Positions 50,801 through 62,700 of a DNA stretch of 64,000 nt are shown here, piece after piece. The stretch comes from Podarcis erhardii (Eukaryota). The notes below the pieces were generated by a model. That model was not told the origin of the DNA. It ran no database searches and saw nothing but the letters and a program-made list of their open reading frames with translations. A program made the translations under genes and the position numbers. Position 1 is the stretch's first letter. Every line of letters begins with the position of its first letter. The stretch lies in the NCBI GenBank assembly GCA_964252035.1, contig OZ176204.1, one strand, 5' to 3'.

Positions 50801-53661
50801 TTCTTTGCCCTTTACAGCAGCCTTTGGGTTCCTCCCACTTCAGCTGATCTGTGTGAGGAAACTCATTTCCATGTGTGAACTGCGACTGCAAGATTTGAGG
50901 GCTGAGGCAGTTTACACACACAGTGCAGCCTGGGCTAATGGACATTCAGCGTTTTCAAAATCTGGCTTAATACATGGCACTCCCATTTCCCGTAATGACT
51001 TCCTGTGTGCCCTCTGTTGGTTTAAATTCATATTGCAACAACTCTGGACAGGGAAAAGGGTTGGACATTTATGGCTTAATGGGAATATCAACCTCGTTCA
51101 ACCACAACAGCCTTCCCAACTATACTACACTGGTCTGCTAGCGGAAACTCAAATAGGGCCTTATGTGGGTCTGTGGGAAGATACACCTGCTATACAATCA
51201 TAGCCTCAGTTTGCATAATTGCTCCCTCCCCATCTTCCTCATCCCCACAGAGAGCCTGTGAGTTACCTTCCTCACACCTGAAGTCGGGGAAGGCCACATC
51301 CTGCAGTGGGATTTGGCGTAGGAAGTCCGGATTATTGCAGCGGGGGTTCCCAGTCACAATCTTCCTCCTACGAAGCCAGTCGCCTAACCAGGCCAGGCGG
51401 CAATTGCAGTTGAAGGGGTTAGCCAGCAGGTTCCTGGGTGGGAAGGGTACAGGAGGGAGATAAATAAACTGGGCAAACACAGGATAATCTAGCAAAGGCT
51501 TGTAGGTAGCAGCCCTCCAAGGTCTTAGGGACAGATTTTTCCAATACTGCTACATAGGAGCGCTTTTGAGAAGCCAAGGATTAAAGTAGGGACCTGCTGT
51601 ATAGAAAGCGTGGGTTCTACTCCTGAGCTATGGAGCCTCCCTACAATCAAGGTGGGGTAGCAGACACCATGTAGACAGCTCTCACCAAGGGATAGAGGAC
51701 TGAGCGTGTTCAGAGGTTAGTTAATAGGTTAGAATTTCCCCGCCTCGCAACTCACAGTGTGGAGAGCGACTGCAACGTGTCAAAAGCCCCAGGTGAGATG
51801 GTGCTGATCTGATTGTCGTACAGTGAGAGGAGGCGCACATTGCGCAGTCCCGTGAAGCTGTCATTGTGGATGCAGTTGATGCGGTTGTTCCTCAGCATCC
51901 TGGAAGGAGGACAGAGAATGGGAAGAAGCCCGTTCTACAAACTACCCCTGGAAAGCCAAAGGAGACTGACAGCATTCTCCACCCTGCTACTCCTCCTGCA
52001 TACTGACAACCCACCACTGCTGCTCTCTCCTATCTTCCCTACCCCAGTTAGGCCAACAACCCCCGTTAGGCCAACTTACAGGGTCCGCAGCCCATCGAGG
52101 CCCCGGAACATGGCGCTGCGCACTGACTCCAGCTGGTTAACCGTCAGGTGTAACTCACTGACTGAAGCTGCCCCTTCAAAGGCCCCATCCTCAATCTCTG
52201 ACACCTTGTTGTTGCTCAGGTTTCTGGGAAAGCAAGGAACATGAAGTGATAGTGGAACACAGGAGCAGGCAGAAAGTTTTCTCAACTCAGTGCGCAGCCT
52301 ACAAGGAGCATTTCTCTCCAACAGAGACAAATGAAGAATATTTGTAGTAGTTCCAACAGCGCTGGTTTTATTTTGCTGTCTTTAATTCTTCTGCAACCTG
52401 CGCCTGCTGAACCCACTTTGAATGTATGCCATATGTTTACTCTGAAGCCTTTGACTTCCTCTAAAAAAATTGTTTCTGCTTCTGAAGGCCCATCGAGTAG
52501 CCCCTGGCAGTCTTGATCAGAATCTTCTCCCTCCCGTGCCTGCTCTTTGCACTGAAAGGAAAGCTCCCACTGATGTCAATGGAAGCTTTATTCTCCTTGT
52601 AAACAGCAGTTGAGGTGGGGCGGGGGGGGGGCAATTCCAGCACTGGGTCTAAGCTCCCCTCACTCCACACCATTGTCCTGATCTGGTTGGCCCCCCTATG
52701 CCAGCTGTTCAACTTTTAAAAATCAACTATGCAACACCAAGCAATGTGACAAAGGTCATCTCTAGTTTGGCCTTTCCATTCTAGGCATACATGTCAGCCT
52801 CTTGCATTAGAAATATCTGGCTCCTGTTGGAATACTCCTGCACTCTAAGCCCTGTTCATATTGCCGCCTCCTTTCCCCCAGATCTTGTGTGCACAAGAGG
52901 TCTTTGGAGTATCTCCTCTGCTATGAGAACCCCTTACCCACACACTCACATTTTCTTTAAGTGTGGGAGCTTCTTAAAGATGCCTGTGGCCTCCAGCACT
53001 GTGATTTCATTGTTGTTCAGCCGCCTGCAACAGAAATAAAGGATTGTAAGCATACAGCTCGGAAAGCAAAGCAGTGAATAAAATAAAATATATGTGTATT
53101 CTAGGCCCATCTCTGAAAACTAACTTTGCATTGCTTAACACATTCTTTCCACTCTGTACTGAGTTAATCCCTGTGTATAAAAATGTGCATATGTATCAGA
53201 ATATAAAGTGTAATCCAAATGGATTGTTCTGCCAGGAGTAAGTATATGGCTTTGAAAGCCAATACACACCAGCTTTCGAAATCAAGCATCTGCAGCCACT
53301 TGTCCACATGAACAATGTGCCCTTTTCCTACACACAGATAATTTCAAAGTATATTCTATATAGAATAGAAATAGAAGGTGAAATGGCCCAATGAAAGACT
53401 CAGTACTGGATAGGGCCAAGGGCCATTCCACTGTGCTTGCATGGAGAATAAATGCTTCATATAAAAGGCTTCAGATACCCGTTTAGTAAACAATATGGGA
53501 TGCTGGGTGCAGTGCAGTGCACTACAGAAGGGAGAGGCACTGGAATGAAATACGCACCAGAAATAGAAGTTCTAAGCTTTGTCAGTGTGTAAGATGAGCA
53601 CTGGGTACAGAAGTTAGGAATCTTAGATGAGTGGCTGAGGCAACCCAGTCAGATGGGTGGG

Positions 53662-53711
<50 letters not shown>

Positions 53712-56700
53712 GAAGAAGAAGAAGAAGAAGAAGAAGAATTGGACATACTGCAGTGATTCAAAGTATGAATTAAGTATGAGGAGAAAAAACCCTTAGACAA
53801 CAAGGAGTTTCCCCCTCACTTCTATTTTCACCTTAAGAAAAAGAACTGCGAGAATTGTTGGAAAAGGTAATAAATATTATTTTTTTTAAAAGAAAGAAAA
53901 AGAACTGCGAGTTTCATAGATTCACGGTTAGCAGCAAGTATGTAGGGAACCTTTTAACCTTTACCTCCACTGTCAGAGGCAGCATTCTTCCAAATACCGG
54001 TCCCTGGGAATTACAAGTGGGAAGAGCACTGTTGTGTCAGATCCTGCATGCAAGCTTCCCATAGGCACTGTGAGAACAGAATGCTGGACTAAATGGACAT
54101 TTAGCCTGATCTAACAGGGCTCTTCTTATGTTTGTTGGGCTCTATAGAGTTAAAATGAAATCCTGCTTCACAGATGGCAGCCAGTCTGGGAGGTCAGGTG
54201 TGCCTCAGCAGGGGGAGCCAAACAGCAGGCAGGTCCTTCCATCTCAATGCATGATGGGGGAGGGGGGAGGGCAAACCCCAAAACCATAGAGAATGCCTCC
54301 GTGTCCCTGCCACAGAGATCAGTCCTCAAAACCCCAGCAACCCTACAATAGCAACATTTGCTATCCACAACTGTGTAAATAAAGCCACACGGAAAGCAAA
54401 TAAGAGTACTTGGTTTTTGATAGTGAGGAGGGAAGTATGGTTCTTAGATATGGCCAAAGCATGCTGACTTACAGTTCAGCTGTGGCTTGAGGGAGGCGCT
54501 CTGGGATCTTTGTCAGCTTCAGGTTGGAACACTCGACCACGTTGGCTTCACAGCGGCACTTGGGGGGGCAGACGACGTCACTGTGACATTCACTGTTCAA
54601 CTGGTAATCTTCCGTACCTGCCACCAAGAGAAAGCAATGAGAAAGAGTGCACACAGAGGTGTGTGTGAATACTTGGGACTGTTGAATAAGCATATTCTCT
54701 AAGGGGATTCCTTCTGTCTGGGGGCATGAGGCCTCACTCTTCTCCCAACATTCCTGCTCACCCAGTCCCAGACCTTCTCCTGTTGAAGGGAGCTTCTACC
54801 ATGGCTGCTTGAAGGTGAGTAGAAGCCACCAGGCAATTGGGAACTCTGCTTTATCAGGGATCCCAGTTGAATGCAGAACTCATAAATAAAAATATATAAA
54901 TCCTCTGGCCAGCATAATTAAGCCAGAAATTTCTGTACATAGAGTAAGGCTCCAATAAGTGGCACCACCATCAAGTAGCCAGAAGCAGTGGAGACTTGAC
55001 AGATTGAAACTGGCTGTGAACCACCTGTGGCCTGTTGAGTTCACCACTCCTGTGCTACAGCAAATGGAGAAGGTAGATATGAAAGACAGAGACTGGTTGA
55101 TCTTGTTCTGAGCCTCTGGAAGGACCACAGTGCCTGCAAACAGTCCATGCCACCACTGCTGGATCTAATGCAAGCCATTAAAAACACATCATAACAGCAA
55201 TCCTGCAAGGCTGCAACCTCATTCTGCCAGTAGTGCAAACATACCACGAACATACGCATGCAACTCACGTGCAAATTCTAGCATCTCCATACTGGCTCCC
55301 TTACCTGGGATGAAATACTGTTCTTTGGCTGTGAACAGAAATATGCGGAGTCTTAATTTGAATGAAGCAAACTTAAGATATTAAAGGCTATGCTGCTCAT
55401 AACTTCCTCAAACATGTATGAACAAGTATATATACAGCAGTGTGAATGAAAACAGAATGCATATTTCTATCCAGATACATATGCTTAGAAATGACATCAT
55501 GCATATTAACTTAATATGCATTTCTGATGAAAAATAGACATATACACCACCAGCCATCAATGTGTGCACAAGATGTAAGAGTTAATTTTTAAAATAAGAG
55601 AACAGAAACACTGCAGTTTTTCAGTGGGGGGGGGGTGTTTCTACAATATCTTCCCCTAGATTTCACTGAGGTGCTAATGTCAGGATCCCTGAATAAGTAT
55701 GCAATGAAGTGCTAGGGAAACATCCAATATCTGCTCTGTCCTGATCCCCAAATCTATACGCAGCCCTACAGAAGAAGATCATTCGTACGGGAGCAGCGGA
55801 ATTTCTTGCTCTTGATCTGTCCAATGCGCTTGTTGGCGAGGCGGCGGGGGCTGGCACAGCGAGCACCACTTGTTTCAATAGGATTGGCACGCAAGAAGTC
55901 TGCCAGCCACTTCAGGTTGCAGTCGCAAATAAAGGGGTTCTGGGCCAGATGGCTGTAGAGGGAAAGAAACAAGAGCAGCTTGAATTTCAGAGTTGTTCTG
56001 GTGGCTGCTGTCAGAGCAACCTTAAATCTAGCAACCAAGATGCTGCTTCTAAGCTGGCATAATGCTGAATGCTCTTGTAGGCACCCTGAAGGCAAAGTGG
56101 TCCATTTCCTTGTGACTTCACTTTGGTGCCAGGATGCTGGGCTCTGCCAATAGCCCTGGGCCAGCCTCTACACTCTAGGGCAGTCTTCCCCAACTTGGTG
56201 CTCTTCAGATATTTTTGGAACAACTTCCATCCTTCCATCAGCTCCAGTCAAGTTATGGGAAGACACCCAGTTAGGGAAGGCTGGTTTTGAACATGGTTGC
56301 AAAGGCATGGCCTTGCAAGGCTTGTGGCTCTCTTTCTATGCCCCTGTGGTAATCTCCTGCCTTGGCCACAGAATCTTACCTGCCTTCTCAGTGGGACCCC
56401 AGTGTTCCAAGGGCGTTTCCTCCCTTCCTCCCACAGAACCCTGTTCTCATTGGACATATCTTCAGAGAAGCCAGCACTCACAGAGTCTGGATGGCTCGCA
56501 AGGTGGCAAAGGTGCCCTTGGCCAAGGTCTGGATCTTGTTGTCGTACAGCGAGAGCAGCGACAGGTTCTGCAGGTCAGCAAAGGCATCTGCCCGAATGCA
56601 GTTGATCTTGTTGGCATTCAGGAGCCTGGAGTGAAGGAGCACAAAACACCATATCAGAGTGTGTGTGTGCACGTTGTGGTAGTTGTAGTGGTAGTGTCTG

Positions 56701-59700
56701 TCACACACACACAAAATATTCTTGGCCATTGCTCACAGTAGGGGATTTCGCAGATCCCACCCACTCAACTAACACCCAGCATGTTACTCACACAGCCCAG
56801 ACCAAGTGACAGTAGGTCAGAGAACAAAATGGCCACAAAGAAGACAGGTGAGGAGACAGGATACCCACAACCCTTCCCTGAATCTGAGGTGGACAGAAGG
56901 GAGGGATAGCATAGATCAGGGGTTGGCAAGGTTTACCTCGCCTGGGATGGTTCACTCCCGTGAAGATTGCTCCATGGGCCAGATCGCGCCTGCGCAGATG
57001 AGATTTTTGGCATCTGAATCTGCACAGACGCGATTTCTGGCGCAGCAGAAGCAAGTCCCCACTCCGCACTGCTCCAGTTTAGCACAGTGCACAGGGACTC
57101 ACCGAGCAGGTGGCTCGTGGGTTGTTTAAACAACCCCCATGGGCCACTTGTGGCCCATGGGTTGCAGGTTGCTGACCCCTGGTATAGTTGAGGAATATAG
57201 GCAGATGAGGAGGGAAGCAAAGATTAAAGCTGGGGAGAAGACAGTAACTCTAGATGGGATTGTGGAGTAGAAAGACACAGGGGACAGTGAAGCAGGCTGT
57301 GTGGAAGATGAAGGCAGGAAAGAAGAAAAGGCTTGTTAAGGAGAGTTGCAGGTTCCAGGGAAGAGATAAAGGGCTGTCAGGTTTGTACATAAGTATGCTG
57401 AAATTGTATGGGAGCCAGATGGGAGGTCTGGAGCCCCTTTGCCATCTGGATCAAGGTTTCCACACTGCCACTCGCCCCCTGCTATAGTGATGTCCAAAGG
57501 GCCCTCTAGCTATCCCTCTCACTTGTGCTTACAGTAGTTGCAGTGCATACAAGCCCCCGAATACCCCTTTGGGCAGCTCTGTGATCTTGTTCCCGTACAA
57601 GACTCTGGAAAAGAAACAAAACCAGTGCTCGAATTAGTAGGGTCTCTCGGTGGTTAAGTCCTGATGTATCTTGAGGAAAGAGGCCATCTTGAACAACTGA
57701 ACCCAGGCTCACCCTTCATACATAGCAGACGTAACGATAATGAGACTGTGAGGTGGCAGCTGGCTTATGATGCCAGCGTCAGGGAATCTGTGATTTAAGT
57801 CCCCACTGAGGCCCAGTTCATATATGCAAATGGCCATATGCAGCCACTTGATACAGCTAGGTAGGCGCAGCTCCACATGGCAAGCTGCCTGTGTCAAGTG
57901 GCTCCCCGCAAGGTTGCAGCAGTTTCGCTCATTCCATTGCAAACCTTCAAAAGAGAAGGGTTAAAATGGTGTGACTGAAATTGCCAAAGGTCCATGGAGA
58001 ACTATTTCATGCAAACACTTGCCATCTGGAGCTGTGCCTGCAAAATTGCATTTCAAGAGACAACCATGACACAGATTGCTCTTTGGAATGGAGCCACATT
58101 AACTTGCTAGTGCAGTGGGTGGTGGGGGAGTGTGGTGGGTGGGGCAACTCACATGCTAACATTATCGGCAGCAACTGGGAATTAGAAAGGCTAAGCAATA
58201 TGTTGGCCAAGAGGGCAGTGAGTTGGAATTGGCATATTCAGGAAGCCACAGCGCATAGCCAGTGGTAGAGCTATGTGTGTGGAGCTTGTGCAAGAACATT
58301 CTCATGCTGCATGCAAGTGGCATTTCACTTCCCCACCTAGACTAATGTCTGCCATGCTTGCTCCTACTGAGGCTACTCACAGAGAGTTGAGTGAGCGCAG
58401 GCCTTGGAAGGCATCAGGCGCAATCTCCAAGATCTGGTTGTTGCTCAGGTCTCTGAAAGGCAAAGACAAAGTTAACGCTCCTACGCATGTAGTCACAGCT
58501 CCTTCCTTTTCTGAAGGTGCCTCTCCCACCTTGTGTTCTTTATAGAGTATAATAAAGGCTTCACTCCTGTTCCTTAGCAGGACTGAGATGAAGGTGCACA
58601 TCAGCCAATACAACTCTGTGCTCCCTCGAGTACACCTTGCAATGCAACACCTGCTTCCCCTCTGCCCATATCACATCTGGACAGAAGGTATTGCCTTAGG
58701 CCTGCACAGACTATTTGTCCATCAAGCCCAGCATTGTTCACTCTGGCTGAAGACACTCACATCCTTCGTAGCTTCTTATATGATGAGAAGGCTCCAGGTG
58801 GGATAGACTTGATGCCATTCAGTTCTAAGCGTCTGCATGGGAAACAGAACACAAGAAAGCAAATCAGCTTGACTGCACCATGGGAGTAACTGAAGTGCCG
58901 TCTCTTCCAACAAGGATGCCACAGAGATCAGGCAGGAGGTAGTCCCCAAGAGTAGGCAGACAGCTGTATTCCTGGATTCACTTTGACACATCTCCCCCAG
59001 TTCTCTGGAAGCAGAAATCTCTGATCCTGGTACAGCTTTTAGCCACAAAAGGGACTGGCAAAAACTAGAGTCATCTCCGCATAAGGGAGGAGTGGTGAAG
59101 CTTTATGGACCAGTGGACCACATCTTTATCTCCCCCTACCCTTGTGGGCCAACTTCAACAGTCAGTAGGGCCACCCATATGCCAGTCACCTGACACATAA
59201 TGGCATCAGGTGATCGACACCTGTCAAAGCTTTGCACAGCACTTCCCAAATGCCCAAACCAGGTGATTGTCAGATGTTTGGGAAAGCACTGTGCAGAGTG
59301 CTTTGCTAGTCACATGCTTGGTGCTTGGGAAATGCTGGACACACGCCTCTCAAAGTGCTTTGTGCTTTGTTTCCCAGACACATGGCAACTGGCTGATTGT
59401 GGGGTGTTTGGAAAGCCCCTTTCAGTCATGCCCTGTCCTCACATCATGCATATGGCTTGAGTGAAATGGCTTGGCAGGCCAAATCTGGTCCATGGGCCAG
59501 AGGTTCCCCACCCCTGACATAAGGTCACAGTTGAGAATTGCCCTATGGTACTCCTTAGGCAACAATATATTCCCTGTTCCAATACCAGCCAAAGGAGACA
59601 GGATCACCCAAGCAGAGTAGATGTGATTAGGAAGGGTGCTAGTGCTCAGGTCCCACCACCCCCTGCCTTCCCACCATGTTCCTAGTATCCACTCACATCT

Positions 59701-62700
59701 CAGTCATGGTCTCAGGCAGGTTGGCAGGGATGGCTGTCAGCCCCTTGCCGCGACAGTCCACAATGCCATTGCTGCAGGTGCACATGGCGGGACAGGAACC
59801 TGATGAAAAGCTGCAGATTTGGGTCCTGGTAGCATCCATCTGGCCTGCAGAGAAGAATGCAGAAGCTTAGTGCATCCTCTTTGCATAGGGCTTGCAACCC
59901 ACGGCACTGCAGGGCATCCCTAGCCCTGCCTACCTGTTCTTTGCTTGTGGAACATTGTGGTCTCTTGGGGTTTTGGAATGTGTACTTTCTTCAGGGCAGC
60001 TAGAGAGCCTTTGGGCCACAGCATGCCCTCCTCTCAGCCCCTCTCCACAGATGTTTACACGTAGAGATAAATACATATGCAGGCATATACATATGCAGAA
60101 CTGCTACACAGGTTGATAGTTCAAATCAGCAGAGACAAGAAACGGACAGTGTGATGGGGAGGGCAAGTGCACAAATGAGCATGAGACAGAAAGGGCAGCA
60201 TGGTGCACCATTTCACAACGCTGAGGAGGAAAACTGCATAAAGAGCACAGGCTGGTGCAGGGAGCAAGCGGGCATCTTTCAAGATGGCAGCTTCCAGCAC
60301 TAATGGTTTGATAGCTTCACACTGTCAGAAATAGAAAAATGCAGGATAAAAGGAGACAATGCTTTTAAAAGAATTTCTGTAGAATGAAAAGCAATTTCTG
60401 CAGTCCAGGCTGCAGTCATGCAACCACCATGGCCTGCACACGAGACACAAGAGCTCCCGAAACTAATGTGTCGTGGTAAGAGGGTCTGTGTTCATTTGAG
60501 AGACCAATGGTCTCTTGTGGCAGGTTTCACTTTGGTTCCAGGGCTGATATGCCTTGAATCTGAGGGCAGAAGGGGCCTCTTTCTGGTGATTCTGGGGGTC
60601 TGCAAAGCTTCCTGGAACCCCATAGATGCCACTCACCTGAACAGCTGAATTCATTCTTCTGAATCTCTGCAACATTGAGGCCACGGAGGGCAGCAGGGCC
60701 GGCACACTGTGTGAAGAGCCCAATTGTGGGGCGCTGGCGCAGCCACTGGGAAAGCCAACCCAAATGGCAATCGCAGAAGAGCTGGTTGGAGTGCAAGCGG
60801 CTGTAGGGACCCAGGGGAGGAAAGGTTGGGGGAGGGGGAAGAAACATCAATCACTGTCTTTCCACAGCTACCTCTTGAGACACCTGCATAGATACTGCAG
60901 GTAAAGCCATTTCTAGAGAGACAGACTTAGGTTTACTGAGCTGGAATGAAAATGTGGGGACATTTCCTGGGAAGGAGAGTCCAGTCCAATAGGGATCTGA
61001 AGCTGTGGGATTTGGGCCTTAGTACTGTGCATTCTGGGATACGGGTGGCACTGTGGTGTAAACCACTGAGCCTTGGGCTTGTCGATCGGAACGTTGGCAG
61101 TTCGAATCCCTGCGACGGGGAGAGCTCCTGCCAACCTAGCAGTTCGAAAGCATGTCAAAGTGCAAGTAGATAAATAGGTACTGCTCTGGTGGGAAAGTTA
61201 ACGGCATTTCCGTGCACTGCTCTGGTTTCGCTAGAAGCGGCTTAGTCATGCTGGCCACATGACCCGGAAAAACTGTCTATGGACAAATGCCGGCTCCCTC
61301 GGCCAGTAAAGCAAGATGAGTGCCGCAACCCCAGAGTTGTTTGCGACTGGACGTAACTGTCAGGGGTCATTTACCTTTACCTCTTTTTTTACTCTGCATT
61401 CCATGGACTGGATTGCTCTCACCCAGTGTCCTGCCCACCACATTAATGCCACCCCTTTCTGTCCCATGATACACCTTGTCATTAAAGGAACCAACAACTC
61501 TATGAACAGAGCTGTGGCTCTTTCTGCCATTGGGGGGGCAGCATCCCACATCTTTGTAGGGCCCCAGGTTCTTGGGATCCTGGGCACAGGGTTAGGCATT
61601 ACCTACTATGAAAACACCAGTGCCAAGAAGGGAGATCTGCAGGACCTAAAAGTGAAAAGTTGCCACCAGGATTCCTTGTATGGACTGGTAGCTCCCAGCC
61701 CACCATGCTTTATGAAATGTCCAGTCTGCGGTCTTCCACCCCACCCCCAATCCCACCCCACTCTTGGGCTGCTTCATCATGTGCTCACAAGGTGCGCAGT
61801 TTGGGCATATGGTTGAAGCTGGAGATGGGGATGGTGCTGATGTTGTTGTTGTTCAAAGTCCTGCAGGAAGGAGGAAGAGGAAGAGCATCAGTGAATGCTG
61901 GAGAGAAACATCTTGTCCTTTCATCTGGCTATGTGTGCAGTGTACACACAAACAAACAACGCTCACAGAATGGCATGTGACACTTCTCAGATTGACAGCA
62001 CATCTTATTTTCAAAATCATTTGCAGCATGGGAGAAGCAAGGGCCAGTTCTAACACACCCCTACAACAGAGGATCTTAGAATGACAGCTCAACAGGTGAA
62101 TTTTAGGGCACCCCTTAGCAAGAAAAGTTACAATGACTAATAGGCCAGCTTCCCCAGGATTGCATACATATTACCTTCATCTGACCCAACACTCCCCTCA
62201 AGCTTGGGAGGAAGGCCCCGCTGACATTTGTAAGCTCAGGACCAGGCTCCAGTGGTTTGCACAAGGGGAGCTACTGGGCTTTGGGTGGTCACTTGATCAC
62301 TTTTGAAACCAGACCAGGTATAATGTTATTTGTTTTGCTTTGTTTTCACCACTGGGATTTAAAAAACCCTGTTAAGCTACAATCCTATGCACAATTGCAT
62401 AGTAATATGGTAGGGCAATTATTACTAATTATTACTGTTGTTGTTGTTGTTGTATTGATTTATCACCCGCCCTTTGAAAACAATTTAAAATTCAACATTA
62501 AAAACAGTTCAAAACAAATTAAATACTGAAGCTAAAGTGACCTATCAACACTTCTCTAGGGAGGGTATCCCATAAAGTAGGGGCCACCACTGAGAAGGCA
62601 CTGGTTCCTGGTTCCCACCAATCTAAATGATCTCAAATGCAGGCCAACAAGTAGGGCTTCTGATATCCACCTTAAAGCAAAGGTAGGTTCATACAGGCAC

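Noticed and set aside
52047-52075. 11-bp repeat GTTAGGCCAAC next to the exon 18 donor
   Set aside because: The donor GTAAGT is intact and not duplicated; a trivial local slippage.
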